Of a stretch of 64,000 nucleotides of DNA, positions 1-11,934 are shown piece by piece; position 1 is the first letter of the stretch; each line of letters starts with the position of its first letter. The translations under genes were made by a program, and so were the position numbers. The notes beneath the pieces are model-generated. The model saw nothing but the letters and a program-made list of their open reading frames with translations. It was not told the DNA's origin and searched no databases. The stretch comes from Pseudovirgaria hyperparasitica (taxonomy: Eukaryota), in the NCBI GenBank assembly GCA_010093815.1, contig ML996569.1, one strand, 5' to 3'.

Positions 1-9
1 AGCGGCCAC

Positions 10-510
10 TTGAATCAGACAGATCTCACAACCCGATTTACAAGGCCTGCACTTGCTTGTATAACCTACATTAGGGTCCATGTAGACATCGACATCGTTC
101 TAGAACACGGTCTAAGAAGGAACGGTGCCCCTTTCTTGGATCTAGGTCTTCTACCTACCCTCAAGCAAATAGCGGTGGTTGTCTACAAGTGGAGCTTCCA
201 AATGCCTTGGTTGGCGTTAGAGGCATCGGAAGAAGCAGTAAAGCTCAAATGGCTGATGCTGGATCTATTACGCACAGTCCCTTCATCTGTGAATCTTGCC
301 TTTGAGGCACCGGGAGTGAACGGACTTGTTCGAAATCCTGTCATGATCGACACAGAGGGAGCTCCGCATCATTTCTACGACCCAGCATACCTTGAGGAAC
401 TCTGTGATTTCTACAGAGCCGTAAAGTCAGGTTTAATGGACAATGAAAGGGCAATGCCGGAGGTGAGGGTACTACCCCGTATCAATAGGGTACGGATTAC
501 ATTACTCTAA
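10..510 (+). CDS. 3' part of a hypothetical protein, probable paralogue of the 2336-3058 F-box-like/DUF7730-type protein (5' end outside the window)
   Basis: Motifs align by eye with the 2336-3058 product: LACITYIRVHVD vs LNYITSLKVYGD; LGLLPTLKQIAVVV vs FQELGSLKKVVVAV; DLLRTVPSSVNLAFE vs RLLQSLPRNIDLSFE. Confidence 0.55.
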   Translation: MNQTDLTTRFTRPALACITYIRVHVDIDIVLEHGLRRNGAPFLDLGLLPTLKQIAVVVYKWSFQMPWLALEASEEAVKLKWLMLDLLRTVPSSVNLAFEAPGVNGLVRNPVMIDTEGAPHHFYDPAYLEELCDFYRAVKSGLMDNERAMPEVRVLPRINRVRITLL

Positions 511-778
511 GCACTCTATGTAATTGAACTTGACCACGTAGAAGTGGTTAGGAATCAGGGTCCCACGTTTGCAATCTAAATAAGTGTAGCTAGATTAGAA
601 TACACGTATTAACTATAAGATAATCTAAAGCTACTAGTGAATACATGCAAGGAGAAAGCTAGCCAAGTATCGTTTTCTATGAATATACTATTAGAAAGAG
701 GTCTCAAAGAGTAGTCTTAATTAACCACTATATAATTTACTAATATAAGGCGTCTATCACTCTAATAGCTTAGACAAG

Positions 779-1996
779 ATATAACCATTAGGTTTAGAAT
801 ATCTAGCTAAGGATCTTATAGATAGCTTAACATTTAAATAATTTCTCTTAGTATATAAGTATAAATACACGGTGCCTAGGTAAGATAAAGTAAGGACACT
901 TATTATATCTACTAAAATATCTTATAAGTAGTCTAAAATATAAATGATTTCTTTTTACTTAGAAGTAGAACTAAGGGTACCTAGATAAAGGTAAGATACC
1001 TTAGTAAATAAAGTCAATCTAAAACTCTCATAGGTAGTCTAACAATTTAAGGTTTTCTCTTAGCTTAAAGGCATGATTAAAAGATACTTAAATAATATAA
1101 AGCGATTTAATTCATGATACCTAGTTAAGAAGCATGTAGCTAGCTTAACTATATAATGTTTTCTCTTGACTTAGAAATACATTTTTAAAGCTACCTACTA
1201 ACGGTAACATAGTTGGAATATAGCTACCTACTTAGATTTATTATTACTATCCTAACTTAATAAGATTTCTTTTAGCTTAAGGAGCGTAATTAAAAGTATC
1301 TGGGTAATGAAAAAATAGTTAGATCTATGACACTAAGTTTAGAATCTTATAGCTATTCTAACTTTATAAGATTCTTCTTTAACCTAAACTATATAATTAA
1401 AGTTACTTTAGTAAATTAGAACCTTTAAATCTATAATACATATCTAGGGATCTTATAGTCTACTTAATTATTTAAAGTTCTTATTTAGTTTATAAACGTA
1501 ACTAATAGTATCTAGATAAGGTAAAATAGCTAGATTTATAGTACGAATCCGAGTATCTCGTAGTCTAGATAAGGTATAGTCGTTAGCTTCATAACATACA
1601 GCTAAGGATCTTATAGCTAGGTTAATTATCTATTGTTTTCCTTTAGTTCAAAAGCGTAAATAATGGTACATAGACGAGGTAACATGGTTATATTTATAAC
1701 ACATATTCAAGTTTCTTGTAGCCTGGGCAAGGTAAAATGTTTAGCTTTGGAGTATCTAGTTCAAGATCTTGTAGCCAGCTTAAGTATCCAAAGTTTTTTT
1801 CTTACTTTAGGAGCATACTTGATAGTGCCTATATAAGGTAAAATCGTTCGCTTTATGACACCTGCTCATGTATCTCATAGTCAAGACAAGGACAAATGAT
1901 AAGGTCAATAGCATGTACTCAAAAGATCTTGTAGCCAGCTCAACAATTCGATGTTTTCTCTCCTCTTAAGAGCGTAATTGAGGCTGTCTATGACAG
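779..1996 (+). repeat. RIP-degraded tandem array with 106-bp and 158-160-bp periods; probable micro-exon repeat pseudogene
   Basis: The motif (A/G)ATCTT(A/G)TAG recurs at 106/107 or 158/160 bp spacing. Units resolve into ~43-nt GT..AG segments plus 62-64-nt or 10-nt spacers. The tract is very AT/TpA-rich on the left and less mutated toward 1990. Confidence 0.8.
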
Positions 1997-2335
1997 GAAT
2001 ACGAAGCCATGAGAAGGTTCTAGAGTAGACCGCCAGCGTAAAAAGATAGCATTGTATCGCTTGATAGATCCAATCAGGCTCTGCTGATTTATACACTTTG
2101 ATGGCCTTAGGCAGGATGCTACCGTGCCTCCGCACACGCAATTTAGCGGGGTGAAATTGAGCTCCTGATTTTCTCTTCCCTGGATCTTTCCCTAAACTAC
2201 CTTTCATTCTTTGAGGCACTCCTATTCTCATCATTAGGGAGCTATCCATCTTTTTATAAACAAGCCTTGATCTTCTATCTACGTGTATAGCGACAGGTTC
2301 AACGCTCTCGACACGAGTCACTCTACCTCTAAAAC

Positions 2336-3058
2336 ATGAAGCGTTTCCAGCACTATCCAAGAGCCCTGCCGCCCAAGAGACCACGATTGAACGGGTGTCT
2401 ACATCCCTTCAAGGGGAGCATCCAAGATTGCGTCGAGCCCGCCCTGGAAGACTCGCCAAAGGACATTTTCAGATTCATGGATCTCCCCGCTGAGCTCCGA
2501 ATCCGGGTATATGAAGAGCTTTTTGGACCGTTTCCCGAGCCTATCTTCGTCATAAAGTGGGGGAGGTCGCCGCACAATGTACGAAAATACGTCAATGGAG
2601 TGTGTCTCCTGGCGACTTGTCGTATGATCAATACGGAAGCAACACCAATACTATACAAGAATACAATAGGGGTAGACGCCTATGTTTTCGACATACAACA
2701 CCTTTCGGGCTTCAAGTCTCGATCCCTTAACTACATCACGTCTCTAAAAGTCTATGGAGATTTATTCTGTTTCAAGAGAACAGTGGTACCGCTCTTTCCC
2801 TTCCAGGAACTCGGGTCTCTTAAGAAAGTCGTTGTAGCTGTTGCTCCTCATAAATTATATAATGATTCCGGACCTCAGATACAAGAGATGATGGTCAGAG
2901 CAGTCAGAAGACTGTTGCAGTCTCTGCCACGAAATATCGACCTCAGTTTCGAACTCGTAGAAAATGTACAAAGCAGCCAGGTGGCAGAATGCGTCCTTGA
3001 CCTTGCCCCGTGGAATGAGGAAATCAAACTCGTCAAAGCAGAGCTCGAAGGGAGTTGA
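2336..3058 (+). CDS. F-box-like / DUF7730-type fungal protein
   Basis: Intronless 240-aa ORF with the family motifs FRFMDLPAELRIRVYEELF and LLATCRMINTEATPILY. Confidence 0.75.
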   Translation: MKRFQHYPRALPPKRPRLNGCLHPFKGSIQDCVEPALEDSPKDIFRFMDLPAELRIRVYEELFGPFPEPIFVIKWGRSPHNVRKYVNGVCLLATCRMINTEATPILYKNTIGVDAYVFDIQHLSGFKSRSLNYITSLKVYGDLFCFKRTVVPLFPFQELGSLKKVVVAVAPHKLYNDSGPQIQEMMVRAVRRLLQSLPRNIDLSFELVENVQSSQVAECVLDLAPWNEEIKLVKAELEGS

Positions 3059-3741
3059 ACAGAAGGGCGAGAGAAGAGAGTTATGGTACTAAGGTGCCTT
3101 ATCAACGCCAAGTTAGGATCCCGTCAAGAACATCGTTAGGAGGCATGAGAAGCGGTCTGATGACATCATGACAGGCTGCTAGAACTGATTTCACCCCGAT
3201 TGAAGGCATTGTACATTATAGATATCGTCCATACATGAATCGTACCAAGGACCCTCACTTTTCGAATGAGTCTCGCAAAAGTGCTTGTTGTGCAAGGCGA
3301 TACGCATAACGAAGTTGTCTCATCCATGAAGCTACGCTAAAGAAGCCTGATATGTGCACCAATCACAGGCATCGTCCACCATCACCCGATTTAGACACTC
3401 CAGATGCACGACCGGCACGCAGCAATGCCTAATTAGTCCCCACCGCTAGATCAACCTTCATACGTATTTGTGGGATTCCAGCTTTGTTCATTGAGCGCCG
3501 CGCTGATCTTTGTGCCCCTAGATCTAAAATGCATCTATAGGTTAGCCTAATATCGTATAGTAGGTACATACTACGGCTACTAAGCCGCGAGCGGATCATA
3601 TCGATGCTGTACCAAGAATCTGACTAGTTGTTGCCATACGCTATGATCTCATAGTGTAACAATGGACCAAATGATAAATGGTACGCATGCCTCCGATGCT
3701 TTGTCACGTTTGCAGCATCCATTACTGACCTAAACCGCATC

Positions 3742-5769
3742 ATGCATGCATCCAAATCACTCACTGGATTGATTGCAGCCCTCGGCATAGCAAATATTTG
3801 CTGCGCGAGCCTGCTCAACCAATATCTCGCACCTGGAAAGCTTTCTGGAAACTCTTTCGGACTTCCGGGCGCGAACGCGACGTATGATTATGTTGTTGTC
3901 GGAGCAGGACTTGCGGGCTCGATTGTTGCAGCACGACTGGCAGAAAACCTCCCCGACGCGACGGTCGCAGTGGTGGAGGCTGGTTCGTTCTACGAGATCT
4001 CGAACGGCAACTACAGTCAAATGTGAACGGGATTCATGAACCTTCTTGGATCGCGCGCTTACTCGCTTGCAGACCGCACTACTCGCCGAGATTTGCTGGA
4101 TCGGATCCAGATGATTGGCATCCTTTGATTGACTGGGGTCTGGTGACAGAACCAGTCAATGCAGGTGCGGGACGACGTTTCCTCTATGCGCAAGGCAAGA
4201 CGTTGGGAGGTAGTTCCGCGAGAAACCAGCAGATCTATCATCGGTGCGTTATTCACGACCATGGCCGCATCCGCGCATCGAACTGATCACTAAGCAGGGG
4301 AACAAAGGGCTGGCACCAGTCTATCGTGGACGCCACCGGCGACGACGCTTGGAACTGGGAGAACATGTTTCCGTTCATGAAGACGTCGTTCTCCTTTACG
4401 CCTCCTGATGTACGCTTCCGCGCCGCCAACGCAACTGCGAATTTCAGTCTCGAGGCCTACGATATTCCAGGCGGACCTGCGCAACTCAGCTTTCCGAAAC
4501 ATGCTCAGCCGATCAGTTCGTATGGACCAGACGCGTATGCGGCTGCGGGCTTTAATGCTACTCCAGACTTTCTACAGGGAAATTTGCTAGGATATGGCTA
4601 CTGGTCGTTCACGTTGAACCCGGAGGACAGTACGCGCAGCTCAACGGAGACATCTTTCCTGAGCCCGGCTCTGGAAAAGACAAGCTTGAAAGTGTATCAG
4701 AGTTGCATGGCGCGAAACATATTGTTTGACGAGAACAAGAAAGCGACTGGTGTGAACGTCACCGTGCAGGGCATAAAGTCATTCATGCTGAGTGCGAGGA
4801 AAGAAGTCATTGTTTCCACTGGCGCCGTACGTCTCCTTTTTTGTATGTTTTTCTCTTACCGGATGGATACACTGACATTCGCAGATGCACTCTCCGCAAC
4901 TTTTGATGGTCTCAGGAGTCGGTCCCGAGTCCACCCTCAACCAATTCTCCATCCCAATCGTCGCAGCACTCCCACACGTCGGGCAAAACCTGCACGACAC
5001 CCCAAACCTAGGCGGCATCACCCATAGTATGAATGTTGACTCTGCATCAACATTCGAATCCAACCCCGCCACCTTCGCCGCCGCCTCCGAGCAATTCTTC
5101 ACAAACGGCTCCGGGCCTCTATCATCCCCATCCGGCGACTTTGCAGGCTGGGAAGTCCTCCCCAAATCCTCACGCACAGGACTGTCAAATTCGACACTGC
5201 AATGGCTAGACAGCATACCCTCCGATTGGCCCACTGCCGAGTACGTCCTTGGAGCGGGTAGCTCAAGTCTCCTCCAAGCCGGAAACACAAACACGCGTCT
5301 CGGAAACGTCGGTGTCCTTCTTACGGCCTCAAAAGCCCGCGGCAGCGTCACCCTTGCATCTGCATCCAACGCTGACCAGCCCATCATCAACATCCCCTGG
5401 CTTGCATCACCCGAAGACCGCGAGGTTGCCATCGCGGCATTCAAACGTGCGCGCACAATTGCAAGCCATGTAGCCGCGTTCGGTGACGAGGTACGGCCAG
5501 GTGCAAACGTTACGTCCGATGCGCAGATTCTAGATTACATCATGACGAAGGGGCTCAGTGCGATCCATCATGCGGCGTCAACGTGTCGGATGGGGAAGAG
5601 CGCGGAGGACGGGGTCGTGGACAGTCAGGGAAGGGTGTTTGGGGTGCAGGGGCTGCGAGTCGTGGATGCGAGTGTCTTGCCTTATAGTGCGCCAGGGCAT
5701 ACGCAGGGGGTCACGTATGCGGTGGCAGAGAAGCTTGTTGCGGACATTATACGGGATGGAATGGAGTAG
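3742..5769 (+). CDS. Secreted GMC oxidoreductase (AA3 family), 4 exons
   Basis: Signal peptide; YDYVVVGAGLAG FAD motif; GKTLGGSSARN; VGQNLHD; catalytic AIHHAASTCRMG and PGHTQG; GLRVVDASV. GT-AG introns near 4023, 4244 and 4828. Confidence 0.93.
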
Positions 5770-6626
5770 GTGTCGCAGATGATTAGCTGGACTGCTGTCT
5801 CTTCGCTGTGTCGTGGAAATTTGCAATGTTACTACGCCAAATTTTTGCATATGAAGATTGCGATCATAGTATAATCCCTATTTAGAAACCTGGGATTAGG
5901 ATCGATGCTATTGTACTTTCTTGACTAGATAATATACTACACTGATAACCTCTCAACGTAACCGGAATATCTCTAATATCACGTTTGAAATCCTCGAGTA
6001 GCGATGGAGCCTTCGCATCGAATGAAAACATGATTATGAATCACAAAAATCTTTTAGATAATGTATATACCATCGGGATCGCTTTTACGAAAGAGCTTAG
6101 GTTTTCCACTGCTGTGCATATGCATCACAGAACTACTGGTGAACAGAGGGATCGCATCAGCTAAGCCTATTTGAGGATCCCTTTGATCATTCTACTTCTA
6201 CTTACACGCCAATTCCTATCTGTTGGTACGTGACACTGCAGTACTAAGTATAGAGCGCAACGAGGACGAAGATTCGATGATATGGAGCTGTGCTGAGAGG
6301 GAACGATCAAGAGACGAGATGGGACGGTGGATGAGTGTAGGTTCGTGGTTAAGGGATGGGAAAGCCTAGTGCTGGAAGGTCGTATGCCTGCGGTCATTCA
6401 TGTCACTTGGCGTGCATACATCGTTGTTTGAAATAGATCTTGGATCCCTCTGTAGACAGATCACATTGCACAGAAATGCGTTTAAAGGTCGCGTAAGGAC
6501 CTGTCCGAAAGATGATAGCCATGTGGCTATCTTGACTCCATTCATGGGTCGAGATCCTGCCTGGCGCACCTCAACTTGGCAAGCTTGATATCTGTAATCC
6601 TGGATACAACTCTGAATACCAAAGCG

Positions 6627-8299
6627 CTACGTGATTAGTGCAGCAGCAAGCATCACAAGCGACCCAAGTCCATCCATACCCGAGCACCATTCCTCCCATT
6701 CACGCACCTGGCGAGAGCGTAGACCCGAGTCAGGCGACTTGCGCACCAATAGCTGATCACCGCAAAGCAAGGCGTCGTTGTCCAACTCCACCAAGTCACC
6801 ATTGGCTGCAAGTCCGTAGTCGATCTTCATTGGGGCAGACTCGTGCATCCATGTGACTTCATTGTTTGCTTCCCAAAGGGGTTTCTTCGAGGGTAGCGGA
6901 GCAATAGCGAGGTCGGTTTGGAGCTCGCAGATCGCGGCAGGCTCGAAGTAGACGAGCATGTTGACGACGCGGTATATTATACAGAGGCTAGGTGAGAAAC
7001 GTTAGTTTAAAATGAGAAAGACTGGGGGTGACGGACCGTCGGCGGGACTCTTCGAAGATCCAGTCCTTCCAGATCGCTTTAGGGTCGAATTCGGTAGTAC
7101 TGGATTCAAGGGCTGTGCCGGCAGAGATAGTGTTGAATCTTTTCGCAATCACCTGTGAGTTGTGAGTTTTCAATCTGTTGATAATGTTGACTAGAGCTTA
7201 CGATGGTGGCAGCGACTAAAAGAGCGTCGCAGTTGTTACTGTCAGTCTCTCCTTCTTCAAGCCTCACGATTATATATATCGATAGAGCCTGCATAGCTGC
7301 CAGTAGTTCCCATTTGTTTAGGTCCTGGTACTATGACAATGGTCAGCCGTACCCATTTCAATAGTGTCTTACTATACCACGTACTCTTGACCTCAAAGTT
7401 TCGCACTCTATCCGCACGTACTTCCAAAAAAGCTTCCGACAGTCCTTCATGCCACTGTTTGCCATATGCAGTAGGCTCATACAGGTATTTAGTGTACCAA
7501 GGGTGTCGTCTTCGTCACCAAAGCAAACCGAATGCTGATGGATGAATGGTGGAGGATTGCTCTGATGCAGCATCATGCGAGGATACGATTTCAGATTATG
7601 TAAAATCAAGCTAGCAATTCTCTGTGTGCCCTTTGTCATGGGTATTCGCTGTACGATCGAGCGAACATTGGTGCTTGGCTGAGCCGGGATGGAAACAATA
7701 TGGTTCCAGGCTTGTGTCTGTGGTAACAAGATCTCCGTACTACTAGCTGCTGTGATCGAACTTGGCGAAGTGGATGCGTCACCCTCGCTATCCATACCCA
7801 TCAGGTCACCAAAGTCCAGTATCGTGTCATTCCACTGACCCGGATCGATGCTAGGGTCGTCGAAGTCAATGTCCGCGATTGGTATTACGTCGGGCAGGTC
7901 CAAGGCAATACCGCTGCCACTGATGGATAGAATTTCCGTCGCTTTATCAGGGAGGGCTTGAGTTTGGTCGAGGTCCGAAAGCATACTAGGTGTGCCTGTA
8001 GTGCTGGCTGGAGATGGAAGTGCTCGTCCATTACCAGGCTTTGGTCTTTCGGCTTTGGTAGTGCGCTCGGGATATCGACACTCGACACCTTTCAAAATAC
8101 ACCTCGAGCATCTTGGACGTCGATTATCGCATTTCGTCTTATTCTGCGCGCATGCATGGCAAGATCGTACTCGAGTCTTTGCACCAAACTGCCTAGATCT
8201 ACAGTAGTAGCCATGCCTGTGCAACGTCGAAGGTTTCTCGAAAGTTTTAGTGCATAGGGTGCATCGAAGGACAGGAGGAGTGCCCTGTTCGTCAAGCAT
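6627..8299 (-). CDS. Zn(II)2Cys6 transcription factor with an N-terminal C2H(C)-type finger, 4 exons
   Basis: CHACAQNKTKCDNRRPRCSRCILKGVECRY zinc cluster preceded by CTLCTKTFEKPSTLHRHGYYC. Downstream exons give WELLAAMQALSIY, WKDWIFEESRRR and APLPSKKPLWEA, joined by GT-AG introns. Confidence 0.9.
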
Positions 8300-8786
8300 A
8301 TTGCAGAAACAAGGGGAAAAAGATCAGTCCAGAGTAAAGATGAAGTCAGGTCACATGTTAGCGGAGTTTCATGACCTTTGTCGTGGCCATCCATTTGTCA
8401 GCAACAGCTTCTGTGGTTTCGGCCCCCAAATCCTCGTAGGTATTTCTAGCGGCGGGCATTTCAGACTAATTAAATGTTGGCACTGCTGTGAAATGCCGAT
8501 ATATCGTTTAATCACGACCTGAAAATCATATCGGTATTTCACGATGATGCAACCCCTACGTGCTCCACGATAGCTTTTGCCGGAGTGCGTAGAAGATGCC
8601 ACTGGTTTGGTTCGTGAGTCGCATCTGCGACGTAACAAGAGATAGAGTGAGATGGAATTACACTTTGCATTCTCCGGTGCAAGATCGTGTATAAAGAGGA
8701 TCTGAAATCCTCGAGGTCCAGGCCAATTCAATCAACATTCGCACTTGAATCGTTTCAGCACCCACATTCATACCCATTCTCATACC

Positions 8787-9724
8787 ATGGCTCCGTTCAC
8801 GTCTCCGACAGCCAAGTTCCACTCGACCACCTACCCAACCCTGAACCCTGAGAGGCCGGAGCTCTCGGCGAAGGGCAAGTCGGTATTGATTACTGGAGGC
8901 GGTACGGGGATCGGTGCGGAGACTGCCAAATACTTTGCGGCAGCCGGCGCACCTAGAATCGCTTTGCTTGGTCGACGAGAGCAGCCACTTCTTGAGACCA
9001 AAGCCGCATTGGAGCAGAAGCATCCCGGGCTTGAAGTGTTCGTGGCCGCTACCGATGTGACCAAGAAGGACCAGGTTGATGAAGCTTTCCTAAAATTTGC
9101 CGGCAAGTCTGGACTTGATGTCGTGGTCAGCGGCGCAGCGATCATTGGGCCTCAAGACCCGGTAGCCAAAGCGGACAGCGAGAAGTTCTTGTATACAGTC
9201 CAGCAGAACATGGCTGGGGCTATACACACTGCACAGGCATTCATACGCCATGCTTCCAAAGGCGCGGTTGCGATCGATATCAACTCTTCTGCGGCACACC
9301 ATAACTTTGGAGACGGCTTCTCGTGCTACAACGTAGCGAAACTTGCAGTCTTCCGACTCTGGGACTCCTTGGCCGTCGGAAACCCTGAAATTAGCGTCTT
9401 CCATATCCAGCCTGGTGTTGTAAACACAGACATGAACAAGGAAGCCGGCGGAGTGGACATGATAGGCTACGAGGACCATGGTGAGTACCGGCTAAGATGG
9501 GACATCCCGAATACATATCTAATGCTATGCTAGTGTCTCTACCGGCAAGCTTTAACGTCTGGCTTGCGAGTCCTGAGGCACAGTTTTTGAAGGGCAAGTT
9601 TTTGTGGGTGAACTGGGATGTTGATGAGCTCAAAGCCAGGTCTAAGGAGCTTGAGAACAGCACACTGCTTACGATGGGCCTCGTGGGCTATCCGTTCGAC
9701 GGCAGCATCATGAAGCTTGGCTGA
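8787..9724 (+). CDS. Short-chain dehydrogenase/reductase, 2 exons
   Basis: TGGGTGIG Rossmann motif, YNVAK (YxxxK), QPGVVNT. Intron from about 9481 leads to LPASFNVWLASPEAQFLKGKFLWVNWDVDEL. Confidence 0.92.
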
Positions 9725-10048
9725 GTGTTCATTCCGGGGCAACAGCATTAGTAGAAGGCCGTGAATAAATCATCATGATTATAGAACGTCTCCTCGTGGT
9801 ATTTTCAGAGCACTAGATGAATATGTAGACTAAATCTAAGCCTGAAGTAGCTAGCGCTGTTCTCTTGGACCCTTTCCTTGGTTGCCGATTGGTGACGTCA
9901 TTTGGGAAGCCTTGTACGTATTATGGGAGCGACCCCTCGTCTTCTTCTTGATCTCAATCTGAAACCTCTCTCCTGTTGTGGTATCCCTGTTACATGTCAA
10001 CTCTCACATAACCTTGCTTTCGACTTATCACCCCTCAGAACAATAACC

Positions 10049-11228
10049 ATGTGAGTGAATCACACCATTTGACCGCCCGCAGAGCATCGACCTGTATATT
10101 CAAGACGGCAATACTAATAATTTGCTACCATAGGCATCGATCACTTTCAATCAAATCCGGCAGGGGTTCCGGCTCCAGCGCCGACAAGGGTCCATCCAAG
10201 CATCGCTTCACCATGGCGAGCCTTCGTGGCATACAGCAGCCGGACCTGAGCAAGAAGCTTTTTAAGCTCATCAAGACTGAGAACCATGCTATTGGTGCTG
10301 TCGAGACCGCTGGACGCGAGCGAGCCACTATTGCTGCCCAGCTCTCCGAGTGGGGTGAGGCCACCAACGACGATGCTGTTTCGGAGATCTCAGACAAATT
10401 GGGTGTGCTCATGGCCGAGATTGCGGAGCAAGAGGATATCTACGCACAGAACCTTGAGGATTCACGAGGTGTCTTGAAGCAGATTAGAAACACCGAGAGC
10501 TCTGTACAGCCAAGCAGAGACCACAAGGCCAAGGTATGCTTATATCAGACGCAAACACCGCAAACATTCACTTATTATTACACAGATCTCCGATGAGATT
10601 CAGAAGTTAAAGTATAAGGAGCCACAGAGCACTAAGATTGTGCAGTTGGAGCAGGAACTCGTCCGCGCTGAAGCGCAAAGCCTTGTCGCAGAGGCCCAGC
10701 TTACAAATATCGTACGTAGATACAGTCGCGATATGCTTAGCTGTGCTCACACGCCCATAGACACGACAAAAGCTCAAGGAGGCATACGACCTTCACTTTG
10801 CAGCGACTATTGAGCGCGCTGAGAAGCAGTTGATCTTGGCCAAGCAGGCTCGCCGCTTGATAAACGTTCTGGACGACACACCCATTGTTCCTGGTGACGT
10901 GCACCCAACATTTGACGGCAATGATGCAGTGCGCCAGATCCTCAATGATGCCGAAGATGAGCTCCGAAGCTGGCAGCCAACCGCTGAACCTATTCATAGC
11001 CAATCCGGCGTACTCAACTCTGGTATGCCCGGTACCACCACTACCCAAGGGCAAGGTCTGGAAATCCAGCAGTCGCCACAACAGTACCAGATTGCAGGTG
11101 CCGAAGAAAGTAACGTTGCGCACACCGTGTCTGACCCTGCAGCCTCTGAAGTTGGTACATCAGAAGTTGCACCTCATGCTGTATCAGATGAGCAAAGCAA
11201 CGCTTCTGCTGCGATTGCAGCAGCCTGA
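10049..11228 (+). CDS. Eisosome BAR-domain protein, Pil1/Lsp1 family, 4 exons
   Basis: QQPDLSKKLFKLIKTENHAI, QLSEWGE, LKQIRNTESSVQPSRDHK, LEQELVRAEAQSLVAEAQLTNI, LDDTPIVPG. The start codon is assembled as AT (10049-50) plus G (10134) across an intron. Confidence 0.93.
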
Positions 11229-11706
11229 GCTATGTGAAAATGGTAGGATGACGAGGTCGCGAGAGTGATTTTTGCAACTCCTGTTTTTCTTCATTCAATC
11301 AGTATGATATACCCGAGTCTGATATGAAGGTATTTGGTTAGTGGAGGTCATGTGGCGGACCGTTTTTCAGAGAAGTGCGCAGTCGATAATAGTTAATGAC
11401 AAATACCACCCGGTTAATTTCTCCCAAACAAGACTTGTTATCAGCCATGAGAAGCATATGGCTGTTACAGTGCTACTCGAAGAAACGTATATGTTCGAAG
11501 GCATACTACATGTTGCACTAGCAGCGAAGAACGCCACAAGTCAGAAACCCATTGCAAGAGGAATAATTATATTACACGATAGTAACCCTATCTTTCCATG
11601 GATATATGTACGACTTCAAAAACTCGATACAGGAAATATGCAACACGATCCCTCCTATGCTACGCTAAAGACTCGGAACTCCTTTATCGCCCCCTGCTGT
11701 GTCTAG

Positions 11707-11934
11707 CTAGACATACACAGTCTTGCTCTTCTTCCCACGCCCAAACATCCGCCCGAGAAAACTCGACTTTTGCGACTTGATCTTGGGACCCTGTGACGTG
11801 GTATGGGTGCGTGAGTCGCTGCTGGAGGCGCGAGCGCGCGATTGTGAGCGGCCTTGGGAGAGGCTGCGGCGACCGCTGCCAGTGCGACTGTTGAATGTGG
11901 ATGCGAAGTCGCGGCCGGCAGAGAAGTATGCCAT
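11707..11934 (-). CDS. Small basic Ser/Arg-rich hypothetical protein (75 aa)
   Basis: ATG in good context (CACAATGG) after a C/A-rich UTR-like tract. No recognisable domain. Confidence 0.4.
   Translation of the reverse strand: MAYFSAGRDFASTFNSRTGSGRRSLSQGRSQSRARASSSDSRTHTTSQGPKIKSQKSSFLGRMFGRGKKSKTVYV

Noticed and set aside
779..1996. Unspliced TPR/ankyrin-coding repeat, or a CRISPR array
   Set aside because: Periods of 106 and 158-160 bp shift the frame in each unit. The spacers are homologous to each other, the genome is eukaryotic and no cas genes are present.
1905..2384. 159-aa minus-strand ORF
   Set aside because: It overlaps the start of the 2336 gene and runs antisense into the repeat array, with no recognisable motif.
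4779..5456. 225-aa minus-strand ORF
   Set aside because: Antisense shadow of the GC-rich GMC oxidoreductase exon.
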